Shown here in pieces: positions 46,887 to 57,233 of a stretch of 64,000 bases of DNA. Source of the DNA: a virus; IMG/VR virus record IMGVR_UViG_3300018080_000174, positions 3,412 to 67,411 of that record; one strand, given 5' to 3'. Under the pieces are notes generated by a model. The model was given only the letters and a program-made list of their open reading frames with translations. It was not told the DNA's origin and searched no databases. Every line of letters begins with the position of its first letter. Position 1 is the first letter of the stretch. A program made the position numbers and the translations under genes.

Positions 46887-48032
46887 CTAAGTTCCATTGA
46901 AGTGTCGTGATAGGCATCTGTCTTCAGGGATGTCATCAACGCCCATTCCAATTTTCAAGATGTAGTCGGCATCGTGTGGCACGCAGTAAATTGCTCCATT
47001 CGGGGCCAACACACCTCCCCACCATTTGTTTCCGCCTGATCCCAAGCCTGCGCCGAAACGAATGGCGGTGTCGTTACTGGGGTCAATCCTCAAAATGTCG
47101 TCGCTATCGTAGGGTATGCCGTAGATGCACCCATCGGCCCCGAGTACGCCACCATGCCATTTACCCGTTCCTGAAAGACTTCCAAAGGTAGTAATGGTGT
47201 CATCGCGTGGATCAATCTTCAGCACTGACGTAGCGGAGTTGGGGATGGCGTAGATGCAACCGTTTCCAGCCATAACGGCTCCGTGGTATTTTGAACCGCC
47301 ACTTATGTTTCCAAATGTCGATGTGGAGTCATCACTTGGGTCAATCTTCAAAACGGTAAGATCATTGAAGGGAATTCCGTAAATATATCCGTTTGACGCA
47401 CAGACGGCTGAAAACCATTTATCGCCGTCTGATGCGTAGGTTGAACCAACCTTCCCGTGGCTGTCATCACTTGGGTCGATTTTAAGAACCTGCGTCTCTC
47501 GGAAAGGTACTGCATACACTTTTCCGTTACAACCCAAAACTGATGGACCCCACTTGTATCTACCGGCGTAGGTTCCAAAAGTGTTCTCGGTATCCGTGTC
47601 TGTGTCGAACTTCCAGATGGCCGTCGCCCCATTATACGGTGCGGCATAAATACAGTTGTTAGTGGCAAGAGCACCTCCAACCCATTTAGCCTCGGCCGAA
47701 TACGTCGTATTAACGCTGCTGGAGGAATCATTGCTGGGGTCAACTTTAGTGAGCCATTCCGGATCAAACGGAGTGCCGTAAATCTTCCCGTTTGGGGCCA
47801 AGACACACCCGGCCGACTGGTCATTCGCCGTGTGAGTTCCAAACGTCTTCGACGGCCCGGCCCCCATCTGACCACGCCCGAAACCAGCACGGGCTGCGAT
47901 AGCTCGCCTAATTTGCGTCTCGGCGGCGGCGTTAGTTTCCCACGCCGGGAAATCACCCTTGTATACCAAGTCGTCATCAGCGATAGCTTCAAGCTCGCCG
48001 CTATTGACTGTTAATGGTTTTCTATAGCTCAT
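46887..48032 (-). CDS. beta-propeller virion protein, paralog 1
   Basis: About 7 repeats KWxGGVLAxNGxIYxxP...LKIDP. Confidence 0.75.
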   Translation of the reverse strand: MSYRKPLTVNSGELEAIADDDLVYKGDFPAWETNAAAETQIRRAIAARAGFGRGQMGAGPSKTFGTHTANDQSAGCVLAPNGKIYGTPFDPEWLTKVDPSNDSSSSVNTTYSAEAKWVGGALATNNCIYAAPYNGATAIWKFDTDTDTENTFGTYAGRYKWGPSVLGCNGKVYAVPFRETQVLKIDPSDDSHGKVGSTYASDGDKWFSAVCASNGYIYGIPFNDLTVLKIDPSDDSTSTFGNISGGSKYHGAVMAGNGCIYAIPNSATSVLKIDPRDDTITTFGSLSGTGKWHGGVLGADGCIYGIPYDSDDILRIDPSNDTAIRFGAGLGSGGNKWWGGVLAPNGAIYCVPHDADYILKIGMGVDDIPEDRCLSRHFNGT

Positions 48033-48038
48033 GGTGAC

Positions 48039-49169
48039 TCACAGCTTGTTAAAGAAACGTGACAGGCAACTATCAAGTTGCACGTCTTCGAGGGGTTGTC
48101 CGATTTTCAAAAGGTGGTCGCTATCATGTGGGCACCCGTAAATGCAGCCATTAGATGCGGCCGCGCCTCCGATCCATTTGTCCCCGTCCCCAAAATTTCC
48201 AAAGGTGGATATGTCATCTGTCTTCGGGTCAATCACTAGGACGGGAGATGCGTCGAATGGAATACCATAAATGAGCCCATCTGCGCCGAGAACACCGCCG
48301 CACCATTTTTCAGTGAGGCCAATGTTTCCGAGCAACTCGGTGGTATCATCACGGGTGTCAATCTTCAAAACGGCAGTGCTGTTATATGGCATACAATAAA
48401 TGCAATCGTTGGGGGCAAGCACGCCGCCCCACCACTTTGCCGTCGAGGTAGTGAGACTGCCGAATGTGGAGGTTGAGTCATCACTGGGATCAATTTTCAG
48501 GACAGTTTCGCTGGTCCCCGGAACTCCGTAAATGAACCCATTAGGGGCCAGTACGCCACCTTGCCATTTAGCCGTGCCTATAAAATTGCCGAACGTCGAA
48601 GGCGTGTCGGTACTTGTGTCAATTTTCAGGATCGAAGTGCTGGTCCACGGCATTCCGTAGATGTTACCTGTCGCCGCCATGACGCCGCCGAGCCATTTGG
48701 TCGAGCCCGAAAGGCTACCGAACGTGGTCGTGGAATCATCACTGGGGTCCAACCTTAAAATCGTCGTCGAATCCAGAGGGATGCCGTAAATGATACCGTT
48801 TGACCCGAGGACACCGCCGCTCCACTTAACTGATCCGGCTAATGTGCCAAAGGTCGAAGTAGAATGATCGGAGGGGTCTACCTTTAGGATGTTCGTTTCA
48901 GTGTGCGGGATTCCGTATAGGTAGCCGTTAGGAGCTACGACGAAACCATTCCACTTATCCGTGTTCGTGGACAGGGTGCCCAGTTCGTCTGCACGTCGCG
49001 TCCATTGAGCACGGCCCGCGTCGGCACGGATGCTATGAGCGTTCCTAGTCTGGGTCCACTGAAGGCTGTTCGTCTCCCATGCGGGAAAATCACCCCAATC
49101 CACAATGTCTCCACTTTGGAGCATTTGCAAACCGCCATCGGCAATCGTGAGGGGTGTTACAACTGTCAT
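48039..49169 (-). CDS. beta-propeller virion protein, paralog 2
   Basis: Same repeats; shared FPAWETN and LSRxFN termini. Confidence 0.75.
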   Translation of the reverse strand: MTVVTPLTIADGGLQMLQSGDIVDWGDFPAWETNSLQWTQTRNAHSIRADAGRAQWTRRADELGTLSTNTDKWNGFVVAPNGYLYGIPHTETNILKVDPSDHSTSTFGTLAGSVKWSGGVLGSNGIIYGIPLDSTTILRLDPSDDSTTTFGSLSGSTKWLGGVMAATGNIYGMPWTSTSILKIDTSTDTPSTFGNFIGTAKWQGGVLAPNGFIYGVPGTSETVLKIDPSDDSTSTFGSLTTSTAKWWGGVLAPNDCIYCMPYNSTAVLKIDTRDDTTELLGNIGLTEKWCGGVLGADGLIYGIPFDASPVLVIDPKTDDISTFGNFGDGDKWIGGAAASNGCIYGCPHDSDHLLKIGQPLEDVQLDSCLSRFFNKL

Positions 49170-49173
49170 GGTG

Positions 49174-49383
49174 CTACCGGTTCATAAGTTTGCACGTTTG
49201 AGGCCGTAGCTGCACGTCGAATTGATCCCGCCACGGTTTGAAATCCGGTTTATTTAGGTCGTCCAAAACTACACAAGGACCAATCCCCTCAAGATCACAA
49301 ATGATGAGGAGAGTGTTGGTCTGCATCTCATTGAATGCCTCAACCATTGCTTGTTCTTCGGCAGTTATCTGATATACCTGCAT
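49174..49383 (-). CDS. small hypothetical protein
   Basis: GAGG RBS, ATG 49383, between propeller genes. Confidence 0.5.
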   Translation of the reverse strand: MQVYQITAEEQAMVEAFNEMQTNTLLIICDLEGIGPCVVLDDLNKPDFKPWRDQFDVQLRPQTCKLMNR

Positions 49384-49393
49384 GGCCCGCCTC

Positions 49394-50527
49394 TTATAGT
49401 GATTTGTTGAAATGACGAGATAGCACGTAGTCTTCCTGCACATCGTCAATTGCCTGACCAACCTTCATAAAGGTTGTCACGCCGAGCGGGATGGCGTACA
49501 CGCAGCCGTTATGTCCGAGGATGGAGCCCATTGCCTTACCGCCCGTCGTGCCTACGTCGCCAAATTCAGTATACTCGTCCGTCTGAGGGTTGATCTCCAA
49601 GATCGTGTCTTCATTGCGGGGCATACAGTAGATTCGTCCGTTAGGTGCGAGAACGGCTCCGGCGTATTTAGCCGAACCGCTGAAAGTGCCGAACTCACTT
49701 ACGGTATCATTCACGGTGTCGATCTTGACAATCGTGGTACCGCCATACGGCGGGGAGTAAATACAACCGTTGGGTGCGAGCACGCCGCCGACGTGGGTGC
49801 CGCCCGTGATGGTACCAAACGTGGAGGTCGAATCGTCACTTGGATCAATCTTGAGGATATTCGTATTGATGTAGGGCACGCAATAAATGCTGCCATCCAC
49901 CCCCAGACATGCGCCGCCATACTTACCGCCGCCGCCCGCAATGGTGCCGAATGTGGAGGTTGAGTCATCACTGGGATCGAGCTTGAATACGTTGGCCGCG
50001 CTATACGGGGTGAAGTAAATGTAGCCATTGTATGCCTGAACACCACCCATGTAAGCATTTGTTCCGCCCGCCGTTCCAAACGTCGAGGCTGTGTCGGTGC
50101 TGGGCACGATCTTCAAAACTGAGGTGCTGTTATGCGGAGCCCCGTAAATGTTTCCGGTATAGGCTAGTACACCGCCAGCCCATTTCCCAGCCGTTGCTCC
50201 CAAACTTCCAAATGTGCTCGTTGTGTCGTCACTGGGGTCAAGTTTCAGGACGGTTGCACTTGTGTATGGAATGCCGTAGACATATCCGTTCGAGGCCGCA
50301 ACCGCACCATACCATTTCGCGTCCCCAACTAAGTTGCCAAGTTGCTGAACTCGCCGGGTCCATTGAGTTCGGTGGTGGGAAGCCCACCCTGCGAACGCTT
50401 CCCGAACCTGCGTCCACGCCTCAGTATTCGTCTCCCAATCAGGGAACACTCCCGGACTGAGAAAGTCACCGGGCGCGAGAGCTTCTCGCTTACCACTCGC
50501 CAATACTAAGGGTTTTCTAAGGCTCAT
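49394..50527 (-). CDS. beta-propeller virion protein, paralog 3
   Basis: Same repeats; MSLRKPLVL...FPDWETN. Confidence 0.75.
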   Translation of the reverse strand: MSLRKPLVLASGKREALAPGDFLSPGVFPDWETNTEAWTQVREAFAGWASHHRTQWTRRVQQLGNLVGDAKWYGAVAASNGYVYGIPYTSATVLKLDPSDDTTSTFGSLGATAGKWAGGVLAYTGNIYGAPHNSTSVLKIVPSTDTASTFGTAGGTNAYMGGVQAYNGYIYFTPYSAANVFKLDPSDDSTSTFGTIAGGGGKYGGACLGVDGSIYCVPYINTNILKIDPSDDSTSTFGTITGGTHVGGVLAPNGCIYSPPYGGTTIVKIDTVNDTVSEFGTFSGSAKYAGAVLAPNGRIYCMPRNEDTILEINPQTDEYTEFGDVGTTGGKAMGSILGHNGCVYAIPLGVTTFMKVGQAIDDVQEDYVLSRHFNKSL

Positions 50528-51186
50528 AGCAGGATCGGAGCTTCAATTCGGATGTTCATTACCGTGGTACTCATGGCCTGTCCCACACGCACGACATATT
50601 GACCGGCTGTGGAAGGTGCTGTGCTAGTGAACTTACCTGCCGTGCTTGGATCGAGATAGTACATAGCTCCGGCCGTCAGTCCGCCAGTGCCGCCAGTGAC
50701 GGCGTCCCATTGTCCAGTTGTGGCTTCGAGGAACCCGTCCGCTTGCACATCACCCGCCGTCGCCGTATTGATAGTCGTATCGGCCACCAGCCCTAGCAAT
50801 TCAGTCGTTGCCGCAGCATTCGCTTGGGCCTTGTCCATGTTGCCGTTCGACTTGACATAGACGGCGTTGCCGATTACCAACGAACCGGCATTGTCATTCG
50901 TTAGTTCAATCACACTGCCGCCACCACCGCCACCGCCAGCCGCCCACTCAAGCCCCGTACCAGCCGCATTGACGGTGAGGACATCAGCAGGATTCCCATA
51001 GGCGTGAATGACCGATAAGTCAGTCACGTAGGGCTGGAGCGTTGCTTCCATGCCGCGAATCTCGGCCCGCATCCGGTTTCCCATCTCGATGTCGGGACTC
51101 TTCTCAATGCTAGTTTCCTCTGTCGTGGATGTAGTACCATCCCAGATAGAGGTCGGGAATTTAGGATCGGGCGTTGCTTGTGGCAT
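50524..51186 (-). CDS. virion decoration/fibre adaptor (DUF2190/cement-like C-domain)
   Basis: GNAVYV, GLTAGAMYYL, G..T.TAP...G...VG.A; poly-Gly hinge. Confidence 0.65.
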   Translation of the reverse strand: MPQATPDPKFPTSIWDGTTSTTEETSIEKSPDIEMGNRMRAEIRGMEATLQPYVTDLSVIHAYGNPADVLTVNAAGTGLEWAAGGGGGGGSVIELTNDNAGSLVIGNAVYVKSNGNMDKAQANAAATTELLGLVADTTINTATAGDVQADGFLEATTGQWDAVTGGTGGLTAGAMYYLDPSTAGKFTSTAPSTAGQYVVRVGQAMSTTVMNIRIEAPILL

Positions 51187-51196
51187 CGTTCACCCC

Positions 51197-51730
51197 TTAA
51201 ATATCGGTGTCTGTGAGAGCGTCGTGTAGCTCCTCAATTTGCTTTTGAAGTGCTTCGACTCTCGCCTTGGTTTCCTTGGAATGAGATGCCAACTGGTTTC
51301 GCACTTGGTTGCGGATAACCTCAAACTGTTGGGCAACCTCTTCTTCGAGCTTCTTGTACAGGTCTTCCACGGTGCGGGTGCGGAGCAACAATCGCTTGAC
51401 GCCGCGCTTAACCTTGCTGTGGCTTTCCAGTAGTGTGTCCAATCGTTCGCGGATTCCACGAACGGCTCCCTCAAGTTGCCACGGCGGCGAGACTCGCTCC
51501 AGCGTGGCCTGCATCTTCTCAACCTTGGCCGTTGCGTCTTTGATCTCCTCATTGATATTGGGCATTTTATCAATGTTGTCGGCCAGATTCAAAACGTACC
51601 TTTGGATAGCCTCCAGTTCATGGAGCATGAGACGCCAATCATTGTGCGTCGGTGGTTTGACGACGGCAAGGTCGGGGCGAGCATCTGTGATGCCGTTCCA
51701 AATACCGTTTGGAAATAGTGATGCGCTCAT
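51197..51730 (-). CDS. coiled-coil protein sharing N-terminal module with 50524..51186
   Basis: FPNGIWNG vs FPTSIWDG; long heptad repeat. Confidence 0.6.
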   Translation of the reverse strand: MSASLFPNGIWNGITDARPDLAVVKPPTHNDWRLMLHELEAIQRYVLNLADNIDKMPNINEEIKDATAKVEKMQATLERVSPPWQLEGAVRGIRERLDTLLESHSKVKRGVKRLLLRTRTVEDLYKKLEEEVAQQFEVIRNQVRNQLASHSKETKARVEALQKQIEELHDALTDTDI

Positions 51731-51746
51731 TTGTCTCTCCCAAGAT

Positions 51747-51776
51747 GGGGGCGGGGTCGCTTAGCGTCCCCGCCCC
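51747..51776 (-). terminator. GC hairpin after holin-like gene
   Basis: GGGGCGGGG...CCCCGCCCC; weak U-tract. Confidence 0.45.
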
Positions 51777-51789
51777 GTGTGCCCACTGC

Positions 51790-51975
51790 TTACTTGATCG
51801 GCTTAGTCGTGATAAACCGAAGGATGACGTTTACACCGCCCTGCACGGCGATGAGCAACGCCAGCAAACTCTCATTGTCCTTGATGAGGTCGTCACCGAC
51901 CAGATAACCGACAACACCTGCGCACAACGTCAGCAGGTTGACAATCACCGTCTTACTCTGAAACCACTTCTTCAT
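51790..51975 (-). CDS. putative holin (two TM)
   Basis: MKKWFQSKT...N N-terminus and NVILRFIT..PI C-terminus seen in small phage holin-like proteins. Confidence 0.6.
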   Translation of the reverse strand: MKKWFQSKTVIVNLLTLCAGVVGYLVGDDLIKDNESLLALLIAVQGGVNVILRFITTKPIK

Positions 51976-51991
51976 CGTTCTTCTCCCTTTG

Positions 51992-53638
51992 TTAACTCGG
52001 TCGAACCGAAAGTGTTAAGTTGGCGATTTCGATGGCCTTATTCGAGGTAGTTGTTACACGCCAAATAAGCCCTTCCGATACGTCGCCCAAAATCTCCTCA
52101 CTCAAACCAACTCGCTTCCAGGCAAAGTTTTGTCCTAGAACGAATTGATACTCCGTGTTGTAATCAGTCTGCATGTCTGCCCGTGCCGCTTGAGGTGTCG
52201 GGGGCGCTCCCGAATTAAAGGTCCAACCAACTGTCTGATGTCGGAGCAGTTCAAAATTCGGCGCTGAATCATTTGCACCGGCGGTGCCAGTTACTTCGAG
52301 TCCCGTGAGCCGAAACTTACTATTTTGATTGTCCCAATACTTGCACAGGCCATCGTTGATTTCAACGCCCGTGCCGCTTTGAAGACTGATCGTTACCTGT
52401 CCGATCCACTTCTTGTCCGTTTCAAAATAGTCATTGAGCACCCCGCCACTGGTATCGAGGTCTTCAAAGTCTAAAGCCGTCCGAACACCCTCATCCGTCA
52501 TCGAAGTACCAGATACCCGCACAACCATGTCCGTCGAAGACGCACCGAGCACGATAAAGGCATGAGCACCGTAAGCCGCATTCGCACTTCCGAGCGTGGT
52601 ACCGCCTCCCGTTGGTGTGTAACTCGTACCGCCGAAGATGTAGTAACCGCCCACGTAGTACGTTCCTGACGACCCTGCCGGAGACACGAATGCCCAACTG
52701 GTATCGAAAGATTTGAAGTTGGTCGCCACTTCCTCCCAAACGGAACCGGCGGATTCATACTGCATTATCAGGTGGTCATGCTCCCCGATGATTAAAGCAC
52801 TGCCGGAGTGCAAATGTAGCCCGTCGCCATCATGGAGCGCAACCGTATTCGTGTCACTACTTCCGTGAAGGAACATGAGTTGACCATCGGTACCGGCCGC
52901 GATTTGAGGATTTGCAGTGACAACTACCGGCCCGCCACTACCTTGAATCCGCATCGTGGCGTTAGTTGGCGTGATGCCGCCTACCGCCGTGATGTTAGTG
53001 ATCGCAGAGGGGTTGAGCGTGAACTTCTTGTCCACGCGCAAGTCCTCATTGATTTCAAGGTCTTCAATCACCATCGTCTGGGCCACGTCCGTTGGCCCAA
53101 TAACGACAAGGATTCGCCCCGTCGTGGCCGATTGCTCGATCACGTTCCCGATCTTGATCGGGAAGCTGGGAGCGGTGGGCACGGTGTCCGTCCACTCACC
53201 CGCAACCAAGTCTGACAGGTAGAGGTCCGTTCCAGGGGAATAGGCACTCGTGTTAAGCCCGCCGACCGATCCAAAGATCGTGACGAATCCAACCTCATTA
53301 ACACCGATGTCGTGGGTCGCCATCGCGATGACCGTCGTCGTACTCGGATCGTCCGACTTTGCGAGGTCCAGCGTTGGATACGACCCCGTACCTCCAGAGA
53401 GATACACCAACGCTCCATTATCAATCTGTGAGGCAGTGTTGTTGCTGGCGCGGATATAAATCTCCTGCCCCAACTGCAACGTTACGTCTGCCTCATTGTT
53501 GTAGACCGCCAATGTCTTGAACGTGTCGTCGTAAAAGATACGACCCTCGTTGTGGGGCGGGTATGGAAGCCCCGGCGTCAAGTCGATATACGACTGCGCT
53601 CCCAACCCCTGCGGAGGTATATAGTCAAGACTTTCCAT
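51992..53638 (-). CDS. virion fibre/decoration protein
   Basis: Cement-like domain (G.LVYLSG...GTDLYLS...GEWT...P); Gly/Thr-rich. Confidence 0.6.
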   Translation of the reverse strand: MESLDYIPPQGLGAQSYIDLTPGLPYPPHNEGRIFYDDTFKTLAVYNNEADVTLQLGQEIYIRASNNTASQIDNGALVYLSGGTGSYPTLDLAKSDDPSTTTVIAMATHDIGVNEVGFVTIFGSVGGLNTSAYSPGTDLYLSDLVAGEWTDTVPTAPSFPIKIGNVIEQSATTGRILVVIGPTDVAQTMVIEDLEINEDLRVDKKFTLNPSAITNITAVGGITPTNATMRIQGSGGPVVVTANPQIAAGTDGQLMFLHGSSDTNTVALHDGDGLHLHSGSALIIGEHDHLIMQYESAGSVWEEVATNFKSFDTSWAFVSPAGSSGTYYVGGYYIFGGTSYTPTGGGTTLGSANAAYGAHAFIVLGASSTDMVVRVSGTSMTDEGVRTALDFEDLDTSGGVLNDYFETDKKWIGQVTISLQSGTGVEINDGLCKYWDNQNSKFRLTGLEVTGTAGANDSAPNFELLRHQTVGWTFNSGAPPTPQAARADMQTDYNTEYQFVLGQNFAWKRVGLSEEILGDVSEGLIWRVTTTSNKAIEIANLTLSVRPS

Positions 53639-53647
53639 GATCGTCCC

Positions 53648-54373
53648 TTACTCTACGTGGAACAGCGATTCCAACTGAGTACGCAAGGCTTCGTTGTCAT
53701 CGTCGATGGCCGCCTGCCACGCGAGAATCTTACGCAAGGAGGCACTGGGCCAGTGCGCTGTGCTCTGCTCGCGATTTGTGGCCAAGGCTGCGGGTGAAAG
53801 CAGTGAACCTTGAGCCGGTGGGGCGGTAATCAGGCCGTGTGCCCACATGACTGCCCAAGCATACCGCTTGGCTTGCCCATGCGTCGTCGTGCTCGCACCG
53901 TTGACCGTGCCACCACCGCTGAGGTCAACATCCGTAACCACCGTCTGACCCATGTTCTTTCCGGCAACCGAGTTGCCATCGAACGTGAGGGTGGCTGCAT
54001 TGGCCGTGAGGTCGCCCGTAAGGGCAACAGTGATGTCACCGTTGGTCCAGCCCGCGTAGCCGTCCGCCGTCATCTTCGTGTCGATTGCACTTTCAATAGT
54101 CGCCTGATTGGCACTGTAAAGAATGTTGGCCGTCGTGTGACTGACGCCAAGCTCATCCACAATCGTAATCGTGAAGTTGCCGCCACTGACCGTGGCCACG
54201 AACTTGTTGATGACCTGCACTTCGTCCTTCTCGTCAAAAGCGGCGGGCACTGTCTGGTCGAGACGTGCTTCGTGCCTCTTCAATTCGTTATACGTCACTC
54301 GCTGCGGGCCGTCCTGCGGCTCGGTCTTGTCGATGATAGTCGAGTGAGCGATGAAATCTGCGTAAAGACCCAT
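53648..54373 (-). CDS. virion structural protein (beta-sandwich, DEVQ..I...GG.FTI motif)
   Basis: Motif common in phage tail and fibre proteins. Confidence 0.55.
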   Translation of the reverse strand: MGLYADFIAHSTIIDKTEPQDGPQRVTYNELKRHEARLDQTVPAAFDEKDEVQVINKFVATVSGGNFTITIVDELGVSHTTANILYSANQATIESAIDTKMTADGYAGWTNGDITVALTGDLTANAATLTFDGNSVAGKNMGQTVVTDVDLSGGGTVNGASTTTHGQAKRYAWAVMWAHGLITAPPAQGSLLSPAALATNREQSTAHWPSASLRKILAWQAAIDDDNEALRTQLESLFHVE

Positions 54374-54436
54374 GTGTGTTTCTCCTGTTTACTAAGTTGT
54401 ACCCGTTACAGTTTTCCCCACCCTCGGACACAACAC

Positions 54437-54670
54437 TTATTCGACACTTGTTACGTCAATCTCAGTCAGTGCGGCGTCGGCAAGTCGGTTCGCTTCAGCC
54501 TGCTCCCAACGTCGAACTTGTCTCACGAGCCATTCGCGAATCAGTCGTTTCGCAAACTGCTTACGTGTCTCACCTTCTTCAGCATTGATGTCATACTGAT
54601 GGAGGCCACAAAAGGCGTCAACGAGACGAGTTCCGTGGGAATCTGATAAGTTGTGATTAAGCGTCTGCAT
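54437..54670 (-). CDS. hypothetical protein (possible fibre chaperone)
   Basis: ORF with GGGAG RBS after the fibre gene. Confidence 0.55.
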   Translation of the reverse strand: MQTLNHNLSDSHGTRLVDAFCGLHQYDINAEEGETRKQFAKRLIREWLVRQVRRWEQAEANRLADAALTEIDVTSVE

Positions 54671-54680
54671 GATCTCTCCC

Positions 54681-57233
54681 TTATTTCGTTACCCAGCTTC
54701 CGTTCTCACGGAAGTAGAATGCGTTTAAGTCGGTGTCGTAAACGATCATCCCGTCAACAGCCGTCAAGGCACCCCGTTGGGTTGTCGTCATTCGCGGCAC
54801 GATAAACCCACCCGTCGTCGTGCTAACTTCAAGCTCTCCTTCGACTTTCACGTCATCGCCAAAGCGACAAGGACCGTCATTCGTGTAGATGGCGTAATTG
54901 AGCGTACCCCCATCTGTCACTGAGTTTACATAAACGCCGTAGACGTTCGTTGCGGTGCCCGTCGAGGTGTCATCCGTGGTGACGAGCACGCCGTACATGT
55001 TGGTGACGTTACCCGACGAACCTGCGATTACTGTGTCAGCCGCCACGCCACAAAGCGACGTGCATGTTCCAGTGCCATTGTGCTTGGCGTATCCGCGAAT
55101 GCCATAAATCGTCGCAGACAGGTTTCCATTGTAGGTTGAATCGGTTTCCGCGAGGAAGTTGAGTCCGTACAGGGCGTTTGACATCGCCCCACTACCTGCT
55201 GACCCATATCGTAAAATCGCCCGTGACGCCACCGGGGATGAGGCGGTAATATCGGTATCAAATAGGATGTCATGCTGATAAGCTGACCCACCCGCTGCAC
55301 CGCCAATGGCTACCGGACCATCAATCTCAACATCGTCTCCAAAATGACACGTTCCTAAGTTCGTGTAGATGGAGTAGCTTAGTGTGTCTCCAAAGTCCAT
55401 GTCGTTGACATACAGACCATAGAGATTTGTGATTACGCTGTTTCCTGTGCTTTGATTCAGGGCGTAGGCTTGCAAGCACTTGGCAGTGGTTATGCTTCCC
55501 GCCCCGTCTCGAAGTATGACTTGTCCAACGGCTCCCGTTGCCCCGCCGGAGATGGTGCCACCACGATGATTGATGGTAGCATTGAACCCATACATAATGG
55601 AACTGAAGGTTCCGTCGTATGAACTGTGCGTGCCGGCGTCAACGTAATCGGCATAAATCGGCTGAGCCATGTTACCCGACCCGCCCGAGCCGTACTGCAT
55701 GAGCGTTCGGATGCCATATACTGACGCGGAGTTGCCATCATAGTTGAACACGTTGTTGATCGGAATTCGATCACTTCCCGATTCGTTGCCGATCCCAATC
55801 CAATTAGGTGTTTGGATACCGCCACCGACTACCAACTCACCCGAGCCAACGAAGTCGGGGTCGATAATCATGTCACTGCCGTCGTAGTAGATCAACCCAT
55901 CGTTGCCGGTGCCAACCACGAGCTTGTTGTTATCATCTACCTTGATGTTTCCGCCGACGTGCAACAACTGATTCGGGATAAGTACATTGATCCCGACGTT
56001 GTCCTTGAAGTAGCTAAAGCCTCCATTCGAGTAGATGCTATAGTTTAACGTCGCACCGTCTGCGACATCCTCAAGGTACAGGCCGTACATGTTTGTCACT
56101 ACGCCAGCACTGGCATGGGCGTCTATGTAAATGTGACAGCCGTAAAAATTCGTGATCGCTCCACAGGAGTCATCGGCGTAGACCCGAAAGCCCGCACCGT
56201 ACATGTTAGTGCATGTGCCGGACCCTTTATGGATGCTGACGTTTCGGAACCCTTGCAACGCACTTATATCGCCATCGTAGGCGGCGGTAGTTTGTGCGTT
56301 TAAGTAACCCCCGTAAATGGTTTTGGTGGTGTTGCCGCTCCCGGCCTCGCCATAGAACACCGTGCTATAGATGCCGATCGCGCTGGTAGCTGTCTCAACC
56401 GTTTCGTAGGATACGTCAATCGCGCCGTTGGCCGCCGCGCCAATATCACCGATGCCGAGCTTGCCTGCGGGGATTCGCACCTCTCCGCTGCCAACAAGCT
56501 GCGGGTTGATGTACATGTGAGAGCCATCGTACCAAATGCCTGCGTCGTCGGACGCACCCAGGAGAAGCTCTCGGTTGTCGCCGGGCAGTGCGATGTCTCC
56601 GTTGTCTCGGATCGACAGGGCTTCGATACTGCTGGTCGAATTTTCCGGGATCGTGCGGAAGGCTAACTCGCGACCGTGGTTCGAGGTCGTGTGTGCTCCC
56701 ACCGCCAACATCCGAATCGCATCATCGTGAGCCGTCCAAGTTGGCCACGCCGCCGTGTCTTGCATACCTTGGCAGGAGATGCGTCCTAAGTCGTCGCCGT
56801 CGTTAATCCCTACTGGGGTGCCGCTGGTGCCTCGCGACTTCCGCAACATAAACAGGGGGCCGTACTGATGTGCTCCGTACCGATCTGCCTGAATGGCAAG
56901 TGCGCCTGTCTCCGACTCCGCGACGATGTTGTTAGTTGTTTCAAGGATTCCGTTTACCACCAGTGAGCCGCTGCCCACCAGTGCCGGGTCGATATTCAAA
57001 TCAGAGCCATCGTACCAGATGCCACTGTCGTCCAGGTCTCCGAGGTAAAGTACGTCGCCGTCACCAAACCTGATTGCTCCGGGTGAGAGGGTGTCTACTT
57101 CGACAATCTCCCCCTTGAACCGCCGTGCATGAACGGTGTCGGAGAACCAGCCGTCATCCCAGCGCACAGTCTCGTTGCCGATATTGGCAAACGGGTGCTC
57201 CGGGATTAGAGTATCGAATTCAGTCGCCGCCAT
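54681..57233 (-). CDS. tail/head fibre protein with internal repeats
   Basis: Three DDxGI(W/Y)YDGSxxxIxPxxVGSG repeats and three beta-helical blocks; C-terminal PRMTTTQR...GMIVYDTD. Confidence 0.75.
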   Translation of the reverse strand: MAATEFDTLIPEHPFANIGNETVRWDDGWFSDTVHARRFKGEIVEVDTLSPGAIRFGDGDVLYLGDLDDSGIWYDGSDLNIDPALVGSGSLVVNGILETTNNIVAESETGALAIQADRYGAHQYGPLFMLRKSRGTSGTPVGINDGDDLGRISCQGMQDTAAWPTWTAHDDAIRMLAVGAHTTSNHGRELAFRTIPENSTSSIEALSIRDNGDIALPGDNRELLLGASDDAGIWYDGSHMYINPQLVGSGEVRIPAGKLGIGDIGAAANGAIDVSYETVETATSAIGIYSTVFYGEAGSGNTTKTIYGGYLNAQTTAAYDGDISALQGFRNVSIHKGSGTCTNMYGAGFRVYADDSCGAITNFYGCHIYIDAHASAGVVTNMYGLYLEDVADGATLNYSIYSNGGFSYFKDNVGINVLIPNQLLHVGGNIKVDDNNKLVVGTGNDGLIYYDGSDMIIDPDFVGSGELVVGGGIQTPNWIGIGNESGSDRIPINNVFNYDGNSASVYGIRTLMQYGSGGSGNMAQPIYADYVDAGTHSSYDGTFSSIMYGFNATINHRGGTISGGATGAVGQVILRDGAGSITTAKCLQAYALNQSTGNSVITNLYGLYVNDMDFGDTLSYSIYTNLGTCHFGDDVEIDGPVAIGGAAGGSAYQHDILFDTDITASSPVASRAILRYGSAGSGAMSNALYGLNFLAETDSTYNGNLSATIYGIRGYAKHNGTGTCTSLCGVAADTVIAGSSGNVTNMYGVLVTTDDTSTGTATNVYGVYVNSVTDGGTLNYAIYTNDGPCRFGDDVKVEGELEVSTTTGGFIVPRMTTTQRGALTAVDGMIVYDTDLNAFYFRENGSWVTK

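Noticed and set aside
46887-50527. Diversity-generating retroelement acting on propeller or fibre genes
   Set aside because: No reverse transcriptase in the window and no adenine-specific TR/VR pair seen; the repeats are old protein-level duplications
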